This document shows, piece by piece, positions 17,875 to 26,117 of a stretch of DNA of 64,000 bases. The stretch covers positions 9,031-73,030 of the forward strand of contig JAIETA010000198.1 of NCBI GenBank assembly GCA_019745575.1, read 5' to 3'. The DNA comes from Reyranella sp. Lineage in GTDB: Bacteria > Pseudomonadota > Alphaproteobacteria > Reyranellales > Reyranellaceae. The translations under genes and the position numbers were made by a program. The number at the start of each line of letters is the position of its first letter. The stretch's first letter is position 1. Under the pieces are notes generated by a model. The model was given only the letters and a program-made list of their open reading frames with translations, did no database searches and was not told the DNA's origin.

Positions 17875-19344
17875 ATGAGCACCGCCAAGCCGATAGTCGA
17901 CGAGAAGGCACAGATGCCCCACCTCCTGACCGTCGACGACGAACTGGCCATGCTCGAGAATTTTACCGCCAAGCGGCCTTCGGTCGAAGAGCGCTTGGCG
18001 ATCGGCAAGGCGCTGCGCCGCAAGGTTCCGCGCGCCTCGCATTCGCACTACGAGAAGGATCGGTATCGTGCCGACCCGGTCGAGATTCTCGAGCGCCAGA
18101 ACGCCATTCGCGTGAAGAAGCTGGTGCCGGTGCGGTTCGCCCGCATGCTGGCCTCGCCGTTTGCCTTCCTGCGCGGCTCCGCCGCCGTGATGGCCGCCGA
18201 CCTCGCCCACACGCCTGCGACCGGCCTGCTGGTCAACGCCTGCGGCGACATGCATGTCGCCAACTTCGGCGTCTTCGCATCGGCCGAGCGCAATCTCGTG
18301 TTCGCCATCAACGACTTCGACGAAACCCACCCCGGCCCGTGGGAATGGGACATCAAGCGTCTGGCGGCCAGCGCTGCGGTGGCTGTTCGCTTCATGGGTG
18401 GCGACAAGGCGTCGGCGGCCGGTGCGGCGCGGGCGATCGTCCAGTCCTACCGCAAGCGCATCCGCGAATATGCGGAAATGGGATACCTGGAAGTCTGGTA
18501 CAATCGCATCGACGACCGGGTGATCCTCGACACGCTGACACCCAAGGTGCGGCGCCGGGCCGAGCGGATCATGGAGAAGGCCCGCGAGAAGGGCCACGTC
18601 CAGGTGCTCGGCAAGATCGCGGAGGAAGTCGATGGCGAGCATCGCATCATCGAGGAAGTGCCGCTGATCGTCCGCGAGAGCCACACCGAGCAAGGCACGC
18701 CGGTCAACCTTGCCCTCGATCGCATGCTGCGGTCCTACGTCGAGTCGCTGACCTACGACCGGCGGCGGCTGCTGTCGCGTTACCGGATCGTCGACGCGGC
18801 GCGCAAGGTCGTGGGCGTGGGCAGCGTCGGCACGGGGTGCTGGGTGATCCTGCTGCAGGGCATCGACACCGACGATCCGCTGTTCCTGCAGGTCAAGGAA
18901 GCCCAGCCGTCGGTGCTGCAGCCGTACGTCGACCTAAGACTGCCGTTCGCGAACGAGGGCCGGCGCGTCGTTGTCGGACAGCGCCTGACGCAGGGCTCGC
19001 CCGACATTTTCCTCGGCTGGGGCCATGTCGAAGGCCGCGATTTCTACGTCCGGCAGCTTGCCGACATGAAGGGCAGCCTGGGCTTCGACGAAGGCGATCT
19101 GCAGGGCATCGACGGCTTCCTCGAATATTGCGGCCTGTGCGGCTGGGCGCTGGCGCTGGCGCACGCCAAGTCCGGCGATGCCGCGAAGATCGCGGGCTAC
19201 TGCGGCAACAGCGACGAGCTGGACGATGCGGTGGCCAAGTTCGCGCTGACCTACGCCAAGCAGACCGACCGGGACCACGAAACCCTGGACAAGGCGCGAC
19301 GCAGCGGCCGCATCCGCGTCGCCGCCGAGGCGTTGGCGAAATAG
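17875..19344 (+). CDS. DUF2252 domain protein
   Basis: 489 aa. It has FAFLRGSAAVMAADL, GDMHVANFG and NDFDETHPGPWEWDIKRL, as recalled for DUF2252. Confidence 0.6.
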   Translation: MSTAKPIVDEKAQMPHLLTVDDELAMLENFTAKRPSVEERLAIGKALRRKVPRASHSHYEKDRYRADPVEILERQNAIRVKKLVPVRFARMLASPFAFLRGSAAVMAADLAHTPATGLLVNACGDMHVANFGVFASAERNLVFAINDFDETHPGPWEWDIKRLAASAAVAVRFMGGDKASAAGAARAIVQSYRKRIREYAEMGYLEVWYNRIDDRVILDTLTPKVRRRAERIMEKAREKGHVQVLGKIAEEVDGEHRIIEEVPLIVRESHTEQGTPVNLALDRMLRSYVESLTYDRRRLLSRYRIVDAARKVVGVGSVGTGCWVILLQGIDTDDPLFLQVKEAQPSVLQPYVDLRLPFANEGRRVVVGQRLTQGSPDIFLGWGHVEGRDFYVRQLADMKGSLGFDEGDLQGIDGFLEYCGLCGWALALAHAKSGDAAKIAGYCGNSDELDDAVAKFALTYAKQTDRDHETLDKARRSGRIRVAAEALAK

Positions 19345-19591
19345 ACGGGCGGTTGACGGCGGGAAGAGGATGTGATAGGTATAAACTTATCATGTTTCTT
19401 GCCTATTCCCCTCATGCCTTTTCACGCGCGTTCGGAGGCGAACGGCCGGTCGGCGCGGGGATGGGACGCTTGAAACGAGTCAGTCGGCGTCCCACGCCCC
19501 GGTGCGGGCTGCCCGCCATTTTCGCGGCGGATCAACGGGTTGGCGGTCGCCGGCGGCGCCCCCGACGACGCCAGGCCGGTGTCCCACTGAC

Positions 19592-21649
19592 TCACCCGGC
19601 GGCGACCGGGGCGGCGGCTTTCCAGGCGCCGACCTCGAGCCAGGTGCTCTGGTAGGTCGCACCCTCGCCGATGTCGGTGTAGCGGTCGGAGCAGATCATG
19701 TTGATGGTGCCGGAGACCGCCTCGGCGGTCGGGCGCTGCCCGGGCACCAGCACGACGCCGGGCTGGATCTCGTCGCCGACGCGCAGGACGAGCCCGACTT
19801 CGCCGCGATCGTTGAACAGCCGCACTTCGTCGCCGTCCTTGAGGCCGCGCCGGGCGGCATCCTCGGGATGCAGGACGCAGAACGGCCGGCCTTCGCGGGC
19901 GCGCAGAAAACCGACGCCGGAATAGGCGGTGTGCGCCTGGAAGTAGCCGGGCGCGGTCAGGAGCCGGAGCGGCCACTTCTTCGCCTCGGCCTCGTCCAGC
20001 GGATCGCTCGCCCAGTCGGGCACCGGCGACACGCCCGTCTTGGCGAGTTGCTCGGAGTAGAACTCGAGCTTGCCCGACGGCGTGGCGAAAGGCTGGCCGT
20101 CCCAGTCGTGCTTGATGTGGATCGACTCGCCCGCGAACAGTTTGGCCGGATCGGCCTCGGCGGCGGGGCCGGTCGCGCCCTTGAACAGCTCTTTCGCGGC
20201 GTCTTGCGGCGCCAGCGTGAAGATCCGGTCGGTGAGGCCCATGCGCCGGGCCAGCGCCTGCGCCACGTCGAAGTTGGAACGCGCCTCACCGGCGGGCTTC
20301 GCCGCCGCTGGGCCCCACTGCATCCAGTAGGCGCCATAGGCGCGGTAGAGGTCGTCGGTCTCGAGGTAGAGCGCGGCCGGCAGCACGATGTCGGCGTACT
20401 TCGCGGTGTCGGTCATGAAGGGATCGTGCACGACGGTGAACAGGTCCTCGCGCGCGAGGCCCTTCCGGACCTTGTGGACCTCGGGGCAGGTGACGGCCGG
20501 GTTGTTGGCCGAGATGAAGAGCGCGCGGATCGGCGGGTCCTTCATGTTGAGAAGGTCTTCGCCCAGCCGCAGGTGATTGACGGTGCGGGCCACCGGCGCG
20601 CCGCCGCCCGGCCGGCGCACGGCCGCGTAGTTGAGATCGCACGATGCCGCAGTGAGGAGGACGGAGCCGCCGCCCTTCACGCCGTAGTGGCCCGTGACGC
20701 CCGGCAGCAGCGCCACCGCGCGCAGCGCCTGGCCGCCTGCCGCGAAACGCGTCATGCCTTCGCCGAGGCGGATCAGCGCGGCTTTCGCCTTGCCGTACAT
20801 CGACGCGAACTTCTCGATGTCGGCGACCGGCAGGCCGGTGATCTCCGCGACCTTGACGGGCGGGAATTTCGGCAGGATGTCGCGCTCGACCTTGTCGAAG
20901 CCCAGCGTGTGGCGGGCGACGTAGTCGCGATCGACCAGCTTGTCGCGCACCAGGATGTGCATGACGCCGAGCGCCAGGGCGGCGTCGGTGCCGATCCTGA
21001 TCGGCAGATAGAGATCGGCGTTCTTGGCGCTGCGCGTCCGGCGCGGATCGATGACGACCAGCGGCAGGCCGCGCGATTTCTTGGCGTGCTCGACCAGCGA
21101 GTAGAAATGCAGGTTGGTGGCGGCGAGGTCGGCACCCCACGAGACCACGAGGTCGGAATGGACGACATCCTCGGGGTCGGCGCCGCCGACCGGACCGAGC
21201 GTGAAGTGCCACGCTTCCTCGCAGCACGTGTCGCATACCGTGCCGGCGAGCAGGCGCGTGCCGCCCAGCCGGTGAAAGAGGCCGCTCACCAGCCCGCGAT
21301 TCATCAGTCCTTGATGGGCGGAGTAGGCGTAGCCGAGCAGCGCGAGGGGACCGCTCTCCCGGATGATCGCCTTCCACCTTGCGGTGATCTCGTCGAGCGC
21401 TTCGTCCCAGGTGATCGGCGTGAACTGGCCGGAGCCTTTCGGCCCGCTGCGCTTGAGCGGCGCCAGGACGCGCTCGGGCGAGTTCACCAGATCGGCGTCG
21501 CGGTTCACCTTGCCGCAAGCGAAACCCGCCGTGTAGGGGTGGTCGGGGTCGCCCTGGATGCGCACCACCTTGCCGTTGTCGACATCGGCGATGAGCGAGC
21601 ACATGTCGGGGCAGTCATGCGCACAGACAACTCGAACGGATTTCACCAC
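19592..21649 (-). CDS. Molybdopterin-dependent oxidoreductase (DMSO-reductase/MopB superfamily), cytoplasmic type
   Basis: 685 aa with no Tat signal. The N-terminal 4Fe-4S motif is CAHDCPDMCS...C. It has MopB core motifs and a C-terminal MopB_CT barrel (GDEVRLFNDRGEV...). Confidence 0.8.
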   Translation of the reverse strand: MVKSVRVVCAHDCPDMCSLIADVDNGKVVRIQGDPDHPYTAGFACGKVNRDADLVNSPERVLAPLKRSGPKGSGQFTPITWDEALDEITARWKAIIRESGPLALLGYAYSAHQGLMNRGLVSGLFHRLGGTRLLAGTVCDTCCEEAWHFTLGPVGGADPEDVVHSDLVVSWGADLAATNLHFYSLVEHAKKSRGLPLVVIDPRRTRSAKNADLYLPIRIGTDAALALGVMHILVRDKLVDRDYVARHTLGFDKVERDILPKFPPVKVAEITGLPVADIEKFASMYGKAKAALIRLGEGMTRFAAGGQALRAVALLPGVTGHYGVKGGGSVLLTAASCDLNYAAVRRPGGGAPVARTVNHLRLGEDLLNMKDPPIRALFISANNPAVTCPEVHKVRKGLAREDLFTVVHDPFMTDTAKYADIVLPAALYLETDDLYRAYGAYWMQWGPAAAKPAGEARSNFDVAQALARRMGLTDRIFTLAPQDAAKELFKGATGPAAEADPAKLFAGESIHIKHDWDGQPFATPSGKLEFYSEQLAKTGVSPVPDWASDPLDEAEAKKWPLRLLTAPGYFQAHTAYSGVGFLRAREGRPFCVLHPEDAARRGLKDGDEVRLFNDRGEVGLVLRVGDEIQPGVVLVPGQRPTAEAVSGTINMICSDRYTDIGEGATYQSTWLEVGAWKAAAPVAAG

Positions 21650-21708
21650 GCCGCCTCCCCAATGGATCGCGGCGGGCAGTCTAGCAGAGGCTCGAGAAGA
21701 ACCCGGCC

Positions 21709-21999
21709 TTACTTCTTCTTGGCCGCGCCCTTAGCCGGCTTGTCCTCGGGCTTCGCCCCGGACGACTTGGTGCCGGCACCCATGCTGGACGTCATGCCGA
21801 AACGGTCCTTGAAGCGCTGCACGCGACCGCCGCGGTCGATGCTCTGGCGCACGCCGGTCCAGGCCGGGTGGGTCTTGGGGTCGATGTCGAGGCGCAGGCT
21901 GGCGCCTTCCTTGCCCCAGGTCGACCGCGTCTCGAAAGACGTGCCGTCGGTCATGACGACGGTGATCTTGTGGTAGTCCGGGTGGATCTTGTCTTTCAT
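21709..21999 (-). CDS. rpmE: 50S ribosomal protein L31 with a Lys/Ala-rich C-terminal extension
   Basis: [32 protein letters not shown]...[12 protein letters not shown]...[12 protein letters not shown] matches L31. About 20 extra C-terminal residues follow (...[16 protein letters not shown]). Confidence 0.85.
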   Translation of the reverse strand: MKDKIHPDYHKITVVMTDGTSFETRSTWGKEGASLRLDIDPKTHPAWTGVRQSIDRGGRVQRFKDRFGMTSSMGAGTKSSGAKPEDKPAKGAAKKK

Positions 22000-22129
22000 A
22001 GGCCATCTCCAGCGCTTCAGGACCGATTTCCGACCGGTCGGCGCAACAGGGCGCGGTGTATAGCGGTCGCCGGGACGGGCGACAAGCCGGTTGTCCGGGC
22101 CCCGGCGGGGGGGTAGACCGACCGGGTTC

Positions 22130-22435
22130 ATGTCCGACAGCACCTTCGAAAGCCTTGCCGACAGCCTGCTTGCCGCCCTCGAAGAGGGAATCGGCACCGA
22201 GGTCGATGCCGAGTTGCAGGGCGGCGTCCTCACGGTAGAGGGCGACGCCGGCACCTGGGTGATCAACAAGCATGGGCCGACCCGGCAGATCTGGCTGAGC
22301 TCGCCCAAGAGCGGCGCCCGGCACTACGCTTTCGATGCCGCGTCCGGAAAATGGCGCGACACGCGGGGCGATGGCGACCTGCTCGCCGCCTTGTCGGCCG
22401 AGCTGGGCGTTGCCCTGGCCTGGGCGGCACCGTGA
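22130..22435 (+). CDS. cyaY: Iron donor protein CyaY (bacterial frataxin)
   Basis: 101 aa starting at [19 protein letters not shown]. It has GVLTVE....[24 protein letters not shown], typical of frataxin/CyaY. Confidence 0.85.
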   Translation: MSDSTFESLADSLLAALEEGIGTEVDAELQGGVLTVEGDAGTWVINKHGPTRQIWLSSPKSGARHYAFDAASGKWRDTRGDGDLLAALSAELGVALAWAAP

Positions 22436-24204
22436 GCGAGAGCGCCCGTCCCGGCTTGAGCGGCCTCGGCCTTCTCTGGCCCTACCTGCGGCCCCACCGC
22501 GCCCGGGTCGCGCTGGCGCTGCTGTCGCTGCTGGTTGCGGCCGGCACCGTCCTGGCCTTCGGCGCCTGCCTGCGGGCCCTGATCGACCGTGGATTCGCCG
22601 AGGGCCGACCCGACATCCTCAACTATGCGCTGGCCTCGCTGCTGGCCGTCGCGGTGGTGCTGGCGATCGCCTCGGGCGCACGCTTCTATCTCGTATCGTG
22701 GCTTGGCGAGCGGGTGGTGGGCGACCTGCGCAAGGATCTGTTCGCCCATGTCGTGCGCCTCGGTCCGGCATGGTTCGAGATCAAGCGGTCGGGCGACGTC
22801 ATGAGCCGCATCTCGGCCGATGCGCAGCTCATCGAGCAGGTGATCGGCTCGTCGGCGTCGGTGGCGCTGCGCAATACCCTGATGTGCGTCGGCGGCGTCG
22901 CCATGCTGGTGATCACCAACCCCAAGCTCGCCCTGATGGCGCTGGCCGTGGTGCCGCTTGCGGTGGTGCCGATCGTGCTGTTCGGCCGCAAGGTCCGCCT
23001 TCTGTCGCGCGAGTCGCAGGCGCGCATGGCCGACATGGTCTCCGAGGGCGGCGAGGCTCTGGATGCGGTGCGCACGGTGCAGGCCTTCGCCCAGGAAGAC
23101 CGTACCGCGGCCCGCTTCGGCGAGGCCGCGGAGCGCGCCTTTGCGGCGGCGCGCCGGCGGATCGCCCGGCGCGCCACCATGACGACGCTGGTCATCTTCA
23201 TCGTCTTCGCCTCGGTCGGCTTCCTGTTGTGGATGGGCGGGCACGACGTCCTGGCCGGCCGCATCACGGCCGGCGACCTCACGGCCTTCGTGTTTTATGC
23301 CGTGCTGGTGGCGAGCTCCGGCGGCGCCATCAGCGAGACCATCGGCGACCTGCAGCGCGCGTCGGGCGCGGCCGAACGCCTGGCCGAACTGCGCGATGAG
23401 CCGCCGGTCATCGTCGAGTCCGCCACGCCGAAGGCGCTGCCCCGGCCGACGCAGGGCTCGGTCGCCTTCTCGGAGGTCTCGTTCCGCTACCCGACGCGGC
23501 CGGACGCCCTGGCGCTCGACCGCTTCGACCTCGTCGTCGCACCCGGCGAGACCGTGGCGATCGTCGGGCCTTCGGGTGCCGGCAAGACCACCGTCTTCAA
23601 CCTGTTGCTGCGCTTCTACGATCCCGAGGGCGGCAGCATCCGCGTCGATGGCGTCGACATCCGCGATCTGCGTTTCGCCGAGTTGCGGCGGGCGCTCGCC
23701 ATCGTGCCGCAGGAGCCGGTGCTGTTCAGCGCCTCGGTCGCCGACAACATCCGCTACGGCCGGCCAGAGGCGTCCGACGCCGAGGTCCGCGCCGCCGCCG
23801 AAGCCGCCTCGGCGCTCGGGTTCATCGAGGGCCTGCCGCAGGGCTTTGCCACCGACCTCGGCAATCGCGGCGTGCGGCTGTCGGGCGGCCAGCGCCAGCG
23901 TATCGCCATCGCCCGGGCGCTGCTGTGCGATCCGGCCATCCTGCTGCTCGACGAGGCCACCAGCGCGCTCGATGCCGAAAGCGAACTGGCCGTACAACAG
24001 GCGCTCGAGCGGTTGATGCACCAGCGGACCACGCTGGTGATCGCCCACCGGCTGGCGACGGTGCAGAAGGCCGATCGTATCGTGGTGGTCGACCAGGGGC
24101 GGGTGGTCGATGTCGGCCGCCACGCCGACCTCGCCCGCCGCGGTGGCCTCTATGCCCGCCTGGCCGAGTTGCAGTTCAATCTGCAGGCCGCCGCCGCCAG
24201 CTAA
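22432..24204 (+). CDS. ABCB-type half-transporter (fused permease + ATPase; MsbA/Atm1-like)
   Basis: The GTG start overlaps the cyaY stop (GTGA). It has a six-helix TMD followed by an NBD with Walker A GPSGAGKTT, signature LSGGQRQR and Walker B ILLLDEATSALD. Confidence 0.85.
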   Translation: MSESARPGLSGLGLLWPYLRPHRARVALALLSLLVAAGTVLAFGACLRALIDRGFAEGRPDILNYALASLLAVAVVLAIASGARFYLVSWLGERVVGDLRKDLFAHVVRLGPAWFEIKRSGDVMSRISADAQLIEQVIGSSASVALRNTLMCVGGVAMLVITNPKLALMALAVVPLAVVPIVLFGRKVRLLSRESQARMADMVSEGGEALDAVRTVQAFAQEDRTAARFGEAAERAFAAARRRIARRATMTTLVIFIVFASVGFLLWMGGHDVLAGRITAGDLTAFVFYAVLVASSGGAISETIGDLQRASGAAERLAELRDEPPVIVESATPKALPRPTQGSVAFSEVSFRYPTRPDALALDRFDLVVAPGETVAIVGPSGAGKTTVFNLLLRFYDPEGGSIRVDGVDIRDLRFAELRRALAIVPQEPVLFSASVADNIRYGRPEASDAEVRAAAEAASALGFIEGLPQGFATDLGNRGVRLSGGQRQRIAIARALLCDPAILLLDEATSALDAESELAVQQALERLMHQRTTLVIAHRLATVQKADRIVVVDQGRVVDVGRHADLARRGGLYARLAELQFNLQAAAAS

Positions 24205-24229
24205 TCCATCACTTTAGGTGTGCTGGAAT

Positions 24230-24249
24230 TATCCTTGAGTAACAGGATA
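24230..24249. promoter_or_regulatory. Palindrome TATCCT-N8-AGGATA inside a 95-bp AT-rich island
   Basis: Read directly from the sequence: ..ggaatTATCCTtgagtaacAGGATAgtgtggaatat.. The surrounding 24205..24300 is strikingly AT-rich for this genome. Confidence 0.25.
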
Positions 24250-24308
24250 GTGTGGAATATAGTTAAGGCATATTTGAATGTATTTTGACGATGACAAAAG
24301 GCTTCGCC

Positions 24309-24464
24309 ATGTTCATCACCACACATACGCCCCAGCCGCTCGCCCGCCGCAACGGTCTCGCCCGGTTCGCCGAATGGTGGCCGGCGGCCCTGATTGGCCT
24401 TCTGGCGCTTCTGGGCGCAGTCCCGGAGAGCAGCAGCGCGCAGACGCTTCTGGCCGTTCTCTAG
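24309..24464 (+). CDS. Hypothetical 51-aa ORF (signal-peptide-like; possibly a gene remnant)
   Basis: Hand-translated: MFITTHTPQPLARRNGLARFAEWWPAALIGLLALLGAVPESSSAQTLLAVL*. It is below the track's size cutoff. Its stop overlaps the stop of the convergent acyl-CoA synthetase gene. Confidence 0.25.
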   Translation: MFITTHTPQPLARRNGLARFAEWWPAALIGLLALLGAVPESSSAQTLLAVL

Positions 24465-26101
24465 GAGCGCGCAGAGGCTTTCCGGTCGGCATCCTGGCGC
24501 CGCAGCTCGCGGCGCAGGATCTTGCCGGTCGTGGTCAGCGGCAGTTCGTTCACGAACTCGACCTCACGCGGGTATTCGTGGGCCGCCAACCGGGTTTTCA
24601 CGAAACTGGCCAAATCGGCCTTTAGGGCCTCGGTCGCGGCGATCTCGGGCCGCAACTGCACGAAGGCCTTTACGATCTCGGTCCGCAGCCTGTCGGGGAC
24701 GCCAACCACGCCCACCATCGCGACCGCCGGGTGTTTCATCAGGCACTCCTCGATCTCGCCCGGGCCGATGCGGTAGCCGCCCGAGGTGATCACGTCGTCG
24801 TCGCGGCTCTTGAAGAAGACGTAGCCGTCTTCGTCGATGCGGCCCAGGTCACCCGTCAGCAGCCAGTCGCCGGCGTACTTGCGCGCGGTGGCCTCGGGGT
24901 TGCGCCAGTATTCGAGCATGACGATGGGATCGTGGCGCCAGCCCGCGATCTGGCCGTCCTCGCCCGGCGGCAGCACGCGCCCCTCGCCGTCGACGATCGC
25001 AACCTTGCGGCCGGGGCAGGCGCGGCCGCAGGAGCCCGGGCGGACCTCGAACCAGTCCGGTGAGTTGAGCAGCATCAGGTTCATCTCGGTCTGGCCGTAG
25101 CCTTCCGAGATCGTCGTGCCGAACGTATCGCGGCCCCAGGCCAGCAGCTCCTCGCCCATGGCCTCGCCGCCGGTCGAGACGGCGCGCAGATCGTAGGACC
25201 AGCGCTCCCGCGGCCTGTGGACCTGGCGCATCATTTTCAACGCCGTGGGCGGGATGAAGCCGACGCCGACCTTGTGCTTTTCCAGGAGCGCAAAGGCGCG
25301 CTCGGGATCGAACTTGGCGAAGCGGTGGGCGAGCACCGGCGTGCCGTAGTACCAGGCCGGGAAGAGGGCGTCGTAGAGGCCGGCGATCCAGGCCCATTCG
25401 GCCGGCGTCCACATCACCTCGTTGCCTCGGGGCCAGTGGCCCAGCCACTGCTCCACGGCGGGGATCGAGCCCAGCATCATGCGGTGGGCGTGCAGAGCGC
25501 CCTTGGGCTGGCCGGTGGTGCCCGAGGTGTAGATCAGCAGCGCCGGATCCTCGGCCGCCGTGTCGACGGTGGCGAAGTCGTCGGACGCTGCCGCCAGCAG
25601 CCGGTCCCAGTCGAGGAAGGCGCTGCCATGCGCGCCGGCGCCGATCACGACGATGGTCTTGAGGCGCGGCAGGCGCTCGCGCACGGCCAGCACCTTCGGC
25701 AGCTGGCTCATGTCAGTGACGATGGCGGACGCCTCGGCGTTGGCGAGGCGGTATTCCAGCGCCTCCTCACCGAAGAGCGTGAAGAGCGGCAGCACGACGG
25801 CGCCCATGCGGTAGCCCGCGAGATGGCAAAGCGTGAGTTCGGCGCCCTGACTCAGGAACACGCCCAGGCGGTCGCCCTTGCGAATTCCGCGTGCCATGAG
25901 TGCGTTGGCGAGGCGGGAGCTGGCGGCCAGAAGCTGGCCGAACGTCCAGTTGCGGACCGAGCCGTCGGCATTTTCGACGATCATCGCCAGCGCGTCGGGC
26001 GGATGGCGCTCGCAGACCGCGCGGCCGATGTTGAAGCGCTCGGGCCGGGGCCAGCGGAAGCGCCGCATCGCCTCGTCGTACGACAGACCATGGGGGATCA
26101 T
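24461..26101 (-). CDS. AMP-dependent acyl-CoA synthetase/ligase
   Basis: 546 aa. It has the AMP-binding motif LIYTSGTTGQPKGALH, plus YGQTE, TGDLGRIDEDGYVFFKSRDDDVI and a C-terminal GKILRREL. Confidence 0.85.
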   Translation of the reverse strand: MIPHGLSYDEAMRRFRWPRPERFNIGRAVCERHPPDALAMIVENADGSVRNWTFGQLLAASSRLANALMARGIRKGDRLGVFLSQGAELTLCHLAGYRMGAVVLPLFTLFGEEALEYRLANAEASAIVTDMSQLPKVLAVRERLPRLKTIVVIGAGAHGSAFLDWDRLLAAASDDFATVDTAAEDPALLIYTSGTTGQPKGALHAHRMMLGSIPAVEQWLGHWPRGNEVMWTPAEWAWIAGLYDALFPAWYYGTPVLAHRFAKFDPERAFALLEKHKVGVGFIPPTALKMMRQVHRPRERWSYDLRAVSTGGEAMGEELLAWGRDTFGTTISEGYGQTEMNLMLLNSPDWFEVRPGSCGRACPGRKVAIVDGEGRVLPPGEDGQIAGWRHDPIVMLEYWRNPEATARKYAGDWLLTGDLGRIDEDGYVFFKSRDDDVITSGGYRIGPGEIEECLMKHPAVAMVGVVGVPDRLRTEIVKAFVQLRPEIAATEALKADLASFVKTRLAAHEYPREVEFVNELPLTTTGKILRRELRRQDADRKASARS

Positions 26102-26117
26102 GCGGCGAAAGCCTCCG

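Noticed and set aside
19353-19385. A sigma-70 promoter, TTGACG…TATAAA.
   Set aside because: The spacer between the hexamers is 21 nt, which is too long for a canonical promoter. The site is kept only as part of a low-interest note.
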